A stretch of DNA of 64,000 bases from positions 54,886 to 118,885 of the IMG/VR virus record IMGVR_UViG_2906626472_000001; one strand, given 5' to 3'. The translations under genes and the position numbers were made by a program. A model generated the notes under the pieces. It did no database searches and was not told the DNA's origin. It saw only the letters and a list, made by a program, of their open reading frames with translations. Source of the DNA: a virus. Its lineage: Duplodnaviria; Caudoviricetes. Shown here piece by piece: positions 7,846 to 17,311 of this stretch; the stretch's first letter is position 1, and each line of letters starts with the position of its first letter.

Positions 7846-7865
7846 ATAAAAAAACAAGAAGAGCC

Positions 7866-10376
7866 ATGGCCACGAACAACTCATCGGAAGTGCAGGATGC
7901 GACTGTCAGCGACACGTCGGCGTCCAATCCGGCGACTGCCGGAACGTCGCGCTACCGCGTCATCGCCCCGCACGGAATCCACCTCGGGCTCGATTTCTTC
8001 GGCGTAAATTCGATCATCAATCTGACGGCAGGCGGCGCCAAATATCTGCTCCTGAACAGCCAGATTGCGCTCGCATCCGAGCAGGCCCCTGTGGGCGTGC
8101 CGGATGGTCCAAGCGAAGACGACGTCAAGATCGATATCTACGTCAACAGTGCGGCGAAGACCGTTTCGCTCACGAAGCTCCGGGAGATGTTCCCGAACAT
8201 CCAGGGTCCTGCTGGCGATCCCGGTCTGCCGGGACCACGCGGCGCCCGTGGTGAGAAGGGCGACAAGGGCAGCGACGGTCACAGCATCTACCTGAAGGGC
8301 GTTGTCTGGAGCGTGGACCTTCTCCCGGCGGGCGCGAGCCAGGGCGACGTTTATCTTGTGCAAACCACGAGCCATTGGTGGGCGTGGCTGGACTCCAGCT
8401 GGGTCGACCTGGGCTCGTTCAGGGGAGAGCAAGGCCCGCAAGGTCTGCGCGGACCTGAGGGCGAGCGCGGAGAAAAGGGCGAGCGAGGTCCACTCGGCGC
8501 AGTCGATCCCGCCGACATGCTGACGATCGCAAACAATGTTCTGTCGGCGCAAGCCTACGCCGATTCTGCTCATACGTCTGAGACGAATGCGGCTTCGTTC
8601 AAGAATGGCGCGGCAAGCTCGGCGACGGCGGCGGCTACGTCCGCGACGAATGCCAGCGACAGCGCAGCAGCGTCTGCCGGATCGGCATCCGCCTCGGCCA
8701 TGAGTGCCTCGGCAGCTAGTTTGAGCGAGACCAATGCTGCCGTCAGCGCATCAAATGCGGCAACCAGCGAAGTCAATGCTGCGGCTTCTGCCGCCGCGGC
8801 TGCGTCGTCCAAAGGCGATGTAGAAACCGCACTGGCGGAAATGACCACCCTGGCTGCGGATGCGTCAACGAGCGCCTCCAACGCTCATACCTCGGAGACG
8901 AACGCGGCTGCGTCAAAGAGCGCTGCTGCTGCTTCGGCTTCGGCGGCGGCTACGTCCGAGACCAATGCGAGCGCGAGCGCGACGGCTGCCGCTGGATCGG
9001 CATCATCCGCATCCGACAGCGCCGCATCGGCTCTGGGAAGCAAGAACGCAGCCAGCACCAGCGCATCGAATGCGGCCACCAGCGAAAGCAACGCAGCTGC
9101 TTCCGCCGCGGCGGCGGCTGCATCAGCGGGCGCGATGACGCCTGCCTCGGCCTTGCCGCTCGTGGATGGCGCGGCCGACGTTGGTACGTCAGCGAAATAC
9201 GCGAGGGAGGATCACAGGCACGGCACGGATACCACTCGTGCTCCTGTTGCGTCGCCGTCCTTCACCGGAAATGTCAGTATTGAGGCGGGCAGCTATCTCA
9301 GCTTCGGTGCAACACCCGGCACCAGCGGCTACGGCATCCGCGACAATGCGGGTGTCATCGAGACCAAGAGTTCCGGCGCAGCCTGGTCGCCGGTCGCTAC
9401 CACCGCCTACGTCTCTTCGGCTGTGGCGAACATCGTCAACTCGGCTCCGAGCACGCTCGATACTCTGAACGAGCTGGCTTCGGCTCTCGGCAACGATGCG
9501 AACTTCTCGACCACGGTTTCGGCCGCCCTGGGCAACCGCCTCCGGGTCGACACCAACGCGCAGGGCCTGGATGCCACCCAGCAGAGCAATGGCCGGACCA
9601 ATCTCGGCCTCGGCAACGCCGCGACCCAGAACGTCGGCACGACCGCCGGCACCGTCGCTGCGGGTAACGACTCTCGTTTCACGGCTGGCGCCTTCACGAC
9701 GCTGACGGTCGGTGGCAACGCCGTCTGGCACACCGGCAACTTCGCTCCTGGCAACTACATGCCGCTCGGTGGCGGGACGATGACCGGTGTGATGTATGGC
9801 GCCACGCTCAATTTGGCCATGGTGGCGGGCGACGGCAGCTCACTTGGTAGCTTCGTTTGCCGAGCCGCCGGTACCGGCGATGGCGGTCTGGCCGGCTTGA
9901 CCTTCTACAACAACGCTTATGCCATCAAGCTTGGCATTCGTTCGGACGGCTACTTCGGCCTGGGAGGTTGGTCGCGAGCAGCTTGGTCCTGGTACTCGGC
10001 GTCAGACGGCTCGATGGTCGCAGCCGGCAACATCTCGGCGTACTCGGATCCAGATCTGAAGGACGATGTGAGCGTCATTTCTGATGCGCTCGACATCATC
10101 AGCAAGCTCGATGGTGTCCGGTTCACCTGGAACCACAAGACGAAGCTGATTGGCCGTCCTGGAGAGCGCGACGTTGGTGTCCTGGCCGACCAGGTCGAGG
10201 CGGTCCTGCCCGAACTCGTTGGTCTTTCGATTCCCGATGACGACAACGATGGCAAGCAGTGGCGCGTGGTCGCCTACGACAAGCTCGTGCCCGTCCTCAT
10301 CGAAGGCATCAAGGCGCAGCAGGCGAAGATCGACGGGCTCCTGAGCTGGGCGCGATCCAACGGCTTCGACGGATAA
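7866..10376 (+). CDS. tail/side fibre protein with collagen-like and Ala/Ser-rich repeats and a C-terminal peptidase S74 chaperone domain
   Basis: GxY triplets, Stf-like TSETNAAAS repeats, APSTLDTLNELASALGND motif, SDPDLK...GVRFTW...GVLADQVEAVLPELV...VAYDKL; start moved to ATG 7866 because the upstream part overlaps tRNA-Trp. Confidence 0.88.
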   Translation: MATNNSSEVQDATVSDTSASNPATAGTSRYRVIAPHGIHLGLDFFGVNSIINLTAGGAKYLLLNSQIALASEQAPVGVPDGPSEDDVKIDIYVNSAAKTVSLTKLREMFPNIQGPAGDPGLPGPRGARGEKGDKGSDGHSIYLKGVVWSVDLLPAGASQGDVYLVQTTSHWWAWLDSSWVDLGSFRGEQGPQGLRGPEGERGEKGERGPLGAVDPADMLTIANNVLSAQAYADSAHTSETNAASFKNGAASSATAAATSATNASDSAAASAGSASASAMSASAASLSETNAAVSASNAATSEVNAAASAAAAASSKGDVETALAEMTTLAADASTSASNAHTSETNAAASKSAAAASASAAATSETNASASATAAAGSASSASDSAASALGSKNAASTSASNAATSESNAAASAAAAAASAGAMTPASALPLVDGAADVGTSAKYAREDHRHGTDTTRAPVASPSFTGNVSIEAGSYLSFGATPGTSGYGIRDNAGVIETKSSGAAWSPVATTAYVSSAVANIVNSAPSTLDTLNELASALGNDANFSTTVSAALGNRLRVDTNAQGLDATQQSNGRTNLGLGNAATQNVGTTAGTVAAGNDSRFTAGAFTTLTVGGNAVWHTGNFAPGNYMPLGGGTMTGVMYGATLNLAMVAGDGSSLGSFVCRAAGTGDGGLAGLTFYNNAYAIKLGIRSDGYFGLGGWSRAAWSWYSASDGSMVAAGNISAYSDPDLKDDVSVISDALDIISKLDGVRFTWNHKTKLIGRPGERDVGVLADQVEAVLPELVGLSIPDDDNDGKQWRVVAYDKLVPVLIEGIKAQQAKIDGLLSWARSNGFDG
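8560..9130 (+). repeat. Ala/Ser-rich coding repeats (AxTSETNAAAS-like)
   Basis: Degenerate repeats at protein level within the fibre; approximate bounds. Confidence 0.75.
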
Positions 10377-10421
10377 CACACTCAACCCAACCGGAGCTGC
10401 CTCACCGCGGCTCCGGTCAAC

Positions 10422-10844
10422 ATGGCTAGAACGATGTTCGCCCTCCTATCCCTCATCCCGGGTCTCGTCTCAGGACTTCTGAACTGGCTCAACAAGAAGA
10501 CAGATGCCGACCTTGAGAAGTGGAAGGCTGCTGTCGGCGGAGACGTGACGCTGAATGTCGCCGAACTCCGATACAAGGTCGAGGTCGCCAGAATGGCGGC
10601 CGAGATGCGCAAGGACGACCGCGACCACTGGTTCACCGCCTGGATGGTGCCGACCGCCTTCGCAATCTTCATCATCCACGTCGCCGCTGTCGTTTTCGAC
10701 AGCATCCCGTTGCTCGGCCACGAGGTCGGAAGCTGGCAGGTCGCCAAGTTGCCGGGCCTGTATGCCGACATGCAATACAACATCGTCATGACGATCTGCG
10801 GCGTCGCCGGCGTCTCGGCGATCAAGAAGATTTTCTCCCGATGA
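10422..10844 (+). CDS. 3-TM holin-like membrane protein
   Basis: Hydrophobic segments, coiled-coil middle, basic C-terminus (KKIFSR). Confidence 0.55.
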   Translation: MARTMFALLSLIPGLVSGLLNWLNKKTDADLEKWKAAVGGDVTLNVAELRYKVEVARMAAEMRKDDRDHWFTAWMVPTAFAIFIIHVAAVVFDSIPLLGHEVGSWQVAKLPGLYADMQYNIVMTICGVAGVSAIKKIFSR

Positions 10845-11176
10845 AGCCCATCACCGACACCTCGATGGTCTCCGAACTCTCGGCGGCCAAGAAGCCCATC
10901 GTCATCAAATTCGAAGCCAAATGGTGCGCGCCATGCAAAGCGATGACCCCGATGCTCAACGCTATCGAGCAAGAATACGGGGACCGCGTTCAATTCTTCA
11001 CGGCCAACGTGGAACACTGTCAGCTGATGGCCCAGCGGTATCGGGTCTCTCAGATCCCCGCGCTTTTGGCTTTGGACGGAGGGATCGTGACAGGAACACG
11101 CACCGGCTCAGGATCAAAAGCGGAAGTCGTGGAGTGGATGAAGCAGTCCATCGCAGGCCTCCGAAATGAGCGATGA
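10841..11176 (+). CDS. thioredoxin
   Basis: WCAPCK active site, cis-Pro motif IPAL; ATGA overlap. Confidence 0.9.
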   Translation: MKPITDTSMVSELSAAKKPIVIKFEAKWCAPCKAMTPMLNAIEQEYGDRVQFFTANVEHCQLMAQRYRVSQIPALLALDGGIVTGTRTGSGSKAEVVEWMKQSIAGLRNER

Positions 11177-11393
11177 GGCGAAGCAAGGCTTCGTCATCGA
11201 CTTCAACTCCATGAACATCGTCTTCGAAGGCGGGTTTTCCGCGCCGATCGTTGCAATGATCGATCGGTTCGACATGGAGACGGACGATCCCCGCGAGGCT
11301 GAGGAAATTCTGATCGAGATGCCTCCGGAAGGCATCGTCGTGACCATGCTGATGAGCGACCTCGCACCCGTAATCGAGGCCACTCGCAACTAA
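11166..11393 (+). CDS. hypothetical acidic protein
   Basis: 75-aa ORF overlapping the thioredoxin stop. Confidence 0.6.
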   Translation: MSDEAKQGFVIDFNSMNIVFEGGFSAPIVAMIDRFDMETDDPREAEEILIEMPPEGIVVTMLMSDLAPVIEATRN

Positions 11394-11406
11394 CAAGAAG
11401 AAGAAA

Positions 11407-11955
11407 ATGAGTGATCTACCGCCACGTCGCCGGGGACGGCCGACGAAGGAGGAGGCGGCTGCCTATGCCGCTGCCGCCCAGGACAAGCAGAAGAAGGACA
11501 ACAAGGAGACCGAGTACCTCGACGAGGTGTTGGCCCAGCCGATCAAGCGACGCGCGGCGCAGGCAAAACTGCAGCCCGACGAGGCGACTTTGCGCACGAT
11601 CGGCGAGCTGGGCAAGCTTTTCTGTACCCAGGAAGAGGTCGCAGCCGTGCTCGGCGTCTCCCGCCGCACGTTTCAGACCTTCATCTCCGAATGTCAGGAA
11701 GCCCGGGACGTCTGGGACGACGGCCTGATGCACGCCAAGGTCTCGCTCCGACGCAAACAGCTGTCGCTCGCCGACAAGAATGCGCCGGCCGCCATCTTCC
11801 TCGGCAAGAACTACCTCGGCCAGAAGGACGAGAGCACCACCAACATGAACATCTCCAAGCCCGTCGCTGAAATGAGCGAGGCGGAGCTGATGGAGATTGC
11901 CCAGCGCAAGTCGGCCGAGCCGAAGCCCGAGGCGAAGAAGGAAAGCGTCCACTGA
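11407..11955 (+). CDS. terS: terminase small subunit
   Basis: RRGRP motif, HTH (TQEEVAAVLGVSRRTF), AIFLGKNYLGQKD motif; upstream of TerL. Confidence 0.75.
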   Translation: MSDLPPRRRGRPTKEEAAAYAAAAQDKQKKDNKETEYLDEVLAQPIKRRAAQAKLQPDEATLRTIGELGKLFCTQEEVAAVLGVSRRTFQTFISECQEARDVWDDGLMHAKVSLRRKQLSLADKNAPAAIFLGKNYLGQKDESTTNMNISKPVAEMSEAELMEIAQRKSAEPKPEAKKESVH

Positions 11956-12202
11956 CGATCGAGCACCGGTCGTAGGAGAGATCCCAATGACCAACGACCG
12001 GCGCCGAACTCGAGCCGTCACCGAGACCATTCGCCAGCAGCGTCGCGACGCTATGGAGAAAAGCCTTTGGCACTCGAAGAACCTCTCCGAGGCCAAGCGA
12101 GAAGTGGCGGCTCCCGCTGCACCTCGACACGAAGAGCCGTTGGAAGTCCCGCAGGAGCAGGACATCCCGGCCATTGAACCACCCACGAAAGGAGAACTGA
12201 TA

Positions 12203-12880
12203 ATGGGACTTCCCCACCTGGTCATCGTCGGCGCCGATAAGGGCGGCGTCGGCAAGACCGTCGTTGCGCGCACCGTGCTCGACTACTTCAAGAGCGTCGG
12301 CGTCGATGCCCGCGCCGTCGACACGCAGCAGCCCGCCGGCAACCTGATCCGCTTCCACAAGGACGTCACCGAGGTGATCGACCTGTCCAGCTCGGACGGC
12401 CAGATCAAGGTGTTCGACTCGCTGCCGAAGCATCCGGTCACCGTGATCGACATCCAGGCAGGCCTGCTCACCCCGACGCTGACCCTGCTGAGCGAGATTG
12501 GCCTGCTTGCCATGGTGCAGGACGGCAAGATGAACGTGACCACGATGCAGGTCATCGGCAGCACGGTCCAGTCGCTCAGCGAGATCGAGGTCGCTGCCAA
12601 GATCCTGACCGGATCGCGGCACTTCATCGTCAAGAACCACACCAACGACGCCGCGTTCTTCGCCGGCCTCAATGTGGCGACCGACGCGATGAAGGCCGGC
12701 ACCGCGCTGATCGACATCCCGAAGCTGGATGAGCGCGCAACCGAATACGTTGAGGCCGCGGCCACGTCGTTCTCGGAATACGCCAAGACCGGCGACTCCT
12801 TCGTCATGAGGGGGAAGGTCGGCCACTGGCTCAAGAGCGTCTTCGCCCAGTACGAGGCTACCAAGCTGAACATCGTCTAA
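12203..12880 (+). CDS. ParA/MinD-like P-loop NTPase (possible longer in-frame start at 11987)
   Basis: Deviant Walker A DKGGVGKT, AVDT, VIDI; strong RBS AAAGGAG before ATG 12203. Confidence 0.8.
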   Translation: MGLPHLVIVGADKGGVGKTVVARTVLDYFKSVGVDARAVDTQQPAGNLIRFHKDVTEVIDLSSSDGQIKVFDSLPKHPVTVIDIQAGLLTPTLTLLSEIGLLAMVQDGKMNVTTMQVIGSTVQSLSEIEVAAKILTGSRHFIVKNHTNDAAFFAGLNVATDAMKAGTALIDIPKLDERATEYVEAAATSFSEYAKTGDSFVMRGKVGHWLKSVFAQYEATKLNIV

Positions 12881-13410
12881 TGGCCCTCGTCATCAACCTC
12901 ATCGGAGGCCCGGGCTCGGGGAAGAGCACGACCGCAGCCGGTCTGTTCTTCCTTATGAAGCTCGCCGGGCTGAAGGCGGAGTTGGTGGTGGAGTACGCCA
13001 AAGAGCTGTCCTACGACGAGAACTGGAGCACGTTGAAAAACCAGCTCCACGTTCTCGCCGAGTAGGAGAGACGACAGCGATGCCTGGTCGACAAGGTCGA
13101 CTACATCATCACGGACTCGCCATTGCTGACCAGCATGGCCTACGTCTCGGACCCGCGGGATTGCATGCCAGTGGCCGAGGCGGCGACCGTCCTCTTCTCC
13201 ACCTACGACAATGTCAACTTCGTCATCAAGCGGGTCAAGCCGTACGCCACGTACGGGCGCAATCAGACAGAGGACGAAGCCAAAGAGCTTGATCAACGCC
13301 TGGTCGAAGGGATCTGGGCGAACGAAGTGATCGACCTCATCGTGTCAGGAGACGTGACCGCGCCACAGGTGATCTTCGATCATCTGAAGCGAACGCGGAT
13401 GATTTTCTGA
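12880..13410 (+). pseudogene. AAA_28/NadR-like P-loop kinase interrupted by an in-frame TAG at 13063-13065
   Basis: GGPGSGKST, VEYAKEL, then LAE*ERRQRCLVDKVDYIITDSPLL continues in the same frame to 13410. Confidence 0.8.
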
Positions 13411-13518
13411 CAGGCCGAGAACAAGACCCCTGACGGGATCGCGCAAGCGACCGCAACACTAAGTTCTGAGCTTACAGGACGATCCGCTTGGCCAGCGGGC
13501 GTGGGGTCCTCCTTTTTC

Positions 13519-13592
13519 GACGCGGTGGCCGAGCGGCCAGGCAGCAGATTGCAACCCTGCGGAGGCTGGTTCGACTCCAGCCCGCGTCTCCA
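13519..13592 (+). tRNA. tRNA-Cys (GCA)
   Basis: Acceptor GACGCGG/CCGCGTC, anticodon loop TTGCAAC, T arm GCTGG-TTCGACT-CCAGC, TCCA end. Confidence 0.92.
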
Positions 13593-13669
13593 TTCACTCT
13601 GGTCGAGTTGCCGCTTCGGGGGCATCAGCGCCTCGCGCCTCGACCGGAGTCTAAACTCCGGAAAGCACC

Positions 13670-15127
13670 GTGAACGAACTTATCGACGTCTCCCCCGAGG
13701 AGGCGGCGGCCGAGATCCTGCGTCGTAGGAGGGGCCGCGAGCACCTCATCGACTTCACCCAATACACGCTCCCCAAATACAAGGCCGATCCGTTTCATCG
13801 TCTCGTCGCAGAGAAGCTGGAAGCAGTCGAGCGCGGGGAGATCAAGCGACTGATGCTGTTCGCGCCGCCGCGGCACGGCAAGTCCGAGCTGTCGACCAGG
13901 CGCTTCCCGGCCTTCTTCATGGCCAGGAACCCCGAGAAGAACGTGATCTCGGCGTCGTACAACGGCGACTTCGCGACCACGTTCGGACGCAACGTCCGCG
14001 ACATCGTCAAGGGCAAAGAATTTCAGACCCTGTTTCCGAATGTCGGAATCAAGTCCGACAACCGAGCGGCCGACGAATGGGCGCTAGAGCAGGGCGGGCA
14101 ATACTTCGCGGTCGGCGTCGGCACAGGCACGACAGGTAAGGGCGCCCATCTCTTTCTGATCGACGACCCCATCAAGGACCGCAAGGAAGTCAAATCAGCC
14201 GGCTTCCGCGACGACCAGTGGGATTGGTATCGCGACGTCGTTTACACCCGTCTCGAGGAGGATGCCGCAATCGTCCTCACGCTGACGCGGTGGCACTACG
14301 ACGACATCGCCGGCCGGCTCATCGAACTGATGAACGACGGCAAGGGCTTGCCCTGGGAGATCCTGTATCTACCGGCGCTGCCCTACACGAAGAAGACCGA
14401 GTCGGGTGAGCTGATCCTCAACGACGACGGCACATGCCCGGGCGATCCGCTCCGGCGCAAGCCGAACGAGCCGCTGGCTCCGCAGCGCTTCTCCTACAAC
14501 GCGCTCCAGGATCGTCTCGACGTTCTCGGCGAGCGCTCGTTCGCAGCGCTCTATCAGCAGCAGCCGATGACCGACGACGGCGGCATGTTCAGGTCCGACT
14601 GGTTCGCGCCATGTCCGGTCGCTGAGCTTCCCGCTCGCCGCGTCAAGGTTCGTGCCTGGGATTTGGCGGCAACAGCTGACGGCGACTACACGGTCGGCGT
14701 CCTGATGTCGCGCGACGCTCAAGGCATCTTCTACATCGAGCACGTCATCCGCTTCCGCGGCTCGCCTCTCGAAGTCGAAAAGAAAATCTTCGAGACGGCC
14801 AAGAACGACGGTCGCTCGACGCAGATCTTCATCCCGCAAGACCCAGGCCAGGCCGGCAAGAGCCAGGTCCAGGGCTTCATCCGCCGGCTCGCCGGCTACA
14901 TCGTTAAGACTGCACGCCCCACCGGATCGAAAGAAGTCCGCGCTGCCGCATTCGCGGCGCAGGCTGAGAACGGCATGGTGAAGATGGTTCCGGGCTCCTG
15001 GAACAACGTCTTCACCGATGAGCTGGAGACGTTCCCACTCGGCACCTACGACGACCAAGTCGACGCAGCTGCTGACGCATTCAACGCTCTGCTCGGTCCC
15101 AAGAAGGCCGCGGTCCTTGACTGGTAA
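13670..15127 (+). CDS. terL: terminase large subunit
   Basis: PPRHGKS Walker A, LIDDP Walker B, TRWH, AWDLA nuclease motif, FPxGxYDDQVDA. Confidence 0.97.
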   Translation: MNELIDVSPEEAAAEILRRRRGREHLIDFTQYTLPKYKADPFHRLVAEKLEAVERGEIKRLMLFAPPRHGKSELSTRRFPAFFMARNPEKNVISASYNGDFATTFGRNVRDIVKGKEFQTLFPNVGIKSDNRAADEWALEQGGQYFAVGVGTGTTGKGAHLFLIDDPIKDRKEVKSAGFRDDQWDWYRDVVYTRLEEDAAIVLTLTRWHYDDIAGRLIELMNDGKGLPWEILYLPALPYTKKTESGELILNDDGTCPGDPLRRKPNEPLAPQRFSYNALQDRLDVLGERSFAALYQQQPMTDDGGMFRSDWFAPCPVAELPARRVKVRAWDLAATADGDYTVGVLMSRDAQGIFYIEHVIRFRGSPLEVEKKIFETAKNDGRSTQIFIPQDPGQAGKSQVQGFIRRLAGYIVKTARPTGSKEVRAAAFAAQAENGMVKMVPGSWNNVFTDELETFPLGTYDDQVDAAADAFNALLGPKKAAVLDW

Positions 15128-15147
15128 CGTCAGGACACCCCCGCCAA

Positions 15148-16788
15148 ATGGCTGATAACAGCAACCAATTCGTCTACGTCCCTTCACCCCAGAGTGGCAA
15201 CCCAGGTCAGACGTCTGCCGCTTTCACGACCATGCAGACCAGGACCTCATTGCTCCGCGCCGTTTACGGCGGCACGGAGACGATGCGCGCCAAGGCCCAA
15301 GAATTTCTTCCGCAGTATGAGAAGGAATCGGACGCTCGCTACCAAGCGCGACTGAAGTCCACGTTTGCGCTGAACAAGCTGCGTGAAGCGGTCGACGCCG
15401 CTTCGGCGAAGCCCTTCCGCACCATGCTCAAGGTTCTGGATCCGAGCAATGACCAGGACCTGCCGCTGTGGGTCCAGGACATCGACTTGCAGGGCAATCA
15501 CCTGCACGTCTTCGCTCACCAGCTCTTCAACAACGCCATGCTCGACGGCATGGCTCACGTTCTGATCGACCATCCGTCGACGTTCAACATGCCAAACCTG
15601 GCGGCGCAGAAGGCGTCGGGCGCTCGTCCGTTCTTCAAGCTGTACAAGGTTGATGACGTCGCTGCCGCCTACGACGCTTATGTCGGTGGTGACGTCAAGA
15701 CGTGGCATGTCCGCATCCGCGGCTTCCGCGCTGATCGCGACGGGTTCAAGGAGAAGAGCTACAACCAGCTGCGAGTAATCGAGATCGACCCCACGAAGGG
15801 GACCGGTATCGTGCAGCTCTGGGAGCAACTTGCAACGTCGGGCGGCGGCAGCTGGACCTTCATCAGCGAAGAGCCGTTGCAGAACATGCCAGAGGTCCCG
15901 TTCGTCACGCTCTATGCCGGCGAAAAGGAAGCCGACTACCAGGTCAAATCCGTCTTCCAGGACCTTGCCTATAAGCAGATCGAGCACTGGATCTCCAGCT
16001 CGGATCAGCGCTCCATCCTCTCGGCTGCCCGCTTCCCGATGCTGGCGTGTTCCGGCGTCCAGATCGACCCGGAAGACGAGGCTCAGTTCGCCATCGGTCC
16101 GTACAAGGTGCTCTACGCGCCCGAGGCCAATGGCCGCTGGTATTACGTCGAGCCCCGCGGCACGGCGATCGAGAGCGGCGCCAAGGATCTCGACCGACTC
16201 GAGATGCAGATGGACATGATGGCGCTCAACCCGGTCACGGGCACGCACCGTCAGTACGTTCCGCAGAACGAGCGCGACATCCAGGAGACTCGCGTTCACT
16301 CCGTCGTCCACGACATGGCAATCAACTGTCAGGACGCCATTGAGCGGTGCATCCAGTTCATGGGGCAGTGGACCAATAAGGACCTGACCCAGGCCAAGGC
16401 GATCCTCAACACCGAGTTCTCGAACACCAAGGACCGGCTGCTCGAAGTCGCCCAGCTCGTGAAGATGTGGGAAGAGCGCGGCCTGTCGCGCAAAGCCCTG
16501 TTGACCGAAGTGGTGAACAGGAACTTGCTCGGAGACGATTTCAGCTTGGATGACGAGCTGGCCTTCTGGGCCAAGATCGACGAGCTGAACATGCAGGCCG
16601 CTGACGGCATGCTGCCCGGCCGCTGGACCCAGGCCGATCCGACGAAGGAGCCGGCAGGCGGTGGCGGCAGCAGCAGCTCCGACCCGAATGCCTCTGCAAA
16701 CGGAAATGGAACCGGCACCGGAACCAACCCCGCGCCGAAGACATTCGATTTCCCGAAAGGTCAGACGCGCCCGACAAAGCAAATCTGA
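15148..16788 (+). CDS. portal protein (DUF4055-like)
   Basis: Follows TerL; GGTETMRA..EFLPQ..KES..RYQARL motif; 546 aa. Confidence 0.88.
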   Translation: MADNSNQFVYVPSPQSGNPGQTSAAFTTMQTRTSLLRAVYGGTETMRAKAQEFLPQYEKESDARYQARLKSTFALNKLREAVDAASAKPFRTMLKVLDPSNDQDLPLWVQDIDLQGNHLHVFAHQLFNNAMLDGMAHVLIDHPSTFNMPNLAAQKASGARPFFKLYKVDDVAAAYDAYVGGDVKTWHVRIRGFRADRDGFKEKSYNQLRVIEIDPTKGTGIVQLWEQLATSGGGSWTFISEEPLQNMPEVPFVTLYAGEKEADYQVKSVFQDLAYKQIEHWISSSDQRSILSAARFPMLACSGVQIDPEDEAQFAIGPYKVLYAPEANGRWYYVEPRGTAIESGAKDLDRLEMQMDMMALNPVTGTHRQYVPQNERDIQETRVHSVVHDMAINCQDAIERCIQFMGQWTNKDLTQAKAILNTEFSNTKDRLLEVAQLVKMWEERGLSRKALLTEVVNRNLLGDDFSLDDELAFWAKIDELNMQAADGMLPGRWTQADPTKEPAGGGGSSSSDPNASANGNGTGTGTNPAPKTFDFPKGQTRPTKQI

Positions 16789-16818
16789 TTGACTCGCTGC
16801 AAACGGCAATGCTAATTA
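16789..16818 (+). promoter_or_regulatory. sigma70-like promoter
   Basis: TTGACT at 16789-16794 and TGCTAATT about 16 nt downstream, ahead of ATG 16828. Confidence 0.4.
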
Positions 16819-16827
16819 CCGCGCCCC

Positions 16828-17082
16828 ATGGCTGACTTGACCCTGAAGCTCGAAGCATCCGAATATCGATGTGAACCCTGCACGTTGCGGCAGGGGACCG
16901 TCGTGCGCGAACTCGTGCGGATGATCCCCAAGTCGGTCGTGGTGTTCGGCAAGCTGGTGGGGCCGGAGTATTACTGCTGCCCGATCTGCTACGAACCCAA
17001 GTTCGATGCAAAGACACGGAAACCAGTGAAAAATGGCGTCAAATCAGCAGCAAAATCCAAACGGATCTCAGTGGTCAAATAG
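16828..17082 (+). CDS. small Zn-ribbon protein
   Basis: CEPC and CPIC pairs, basic tail. Confidence 0.6.
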   Translation: MADLTLKLEASEYRCEPCTLRQGTVVRELVRMIPKSVVVFGKLVGPEYYCCPICYEPKFDAKTRKPVKNGVKSAAKSKRISVVK

Positions 17083-17230
17083 TCCTCCTCCGATCCAGAC
17101 AGACCCGTGGGTGAAGCTGGCGGCCAGGATCTACGTTTTCAAATCGATGGCGCCGGCTTTTGCCATCCTGCTCCTCGTCGCCTTCACGTATTGGTTCTTC
17201 ACCCGCCCCTGATGGGGCGGGCTTGCCCTC

Positions 17231-17301
17231 CATTTGCATTTTCAGACCCCCCTCTTGACAAACATGGGGGGACTGTGCTTATACATTTGCTCAAATGCAA
17301 A
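17231..17301 (+). promoter_or_regulatory. sigma70-like promoter with a 16-bp operator copy
   Basis: CATTTGCATTTTCA, TTGACA at 17255-17260, GTGCTTATA, then TTTGCTCAAATGCAAA at 17286-17301. Confidence 0.65.
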
Positions 17302-17311
17302 TGGAGTGACC

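Noticed and set aside
7758-7865. N-terminal extension of the fibre ORF in the ORF track
   Set aside because: It overlaps tRNA-Trp; the ATG at 7866 has a purine-rich leader and is the likelier start.
13430-13460. Hammerhead-like CTGAcGG...GCAA core upstream of tRNA-Cys
   Set aside because: The required CUGAnGA and GAAA residues and closing stems are not matched.
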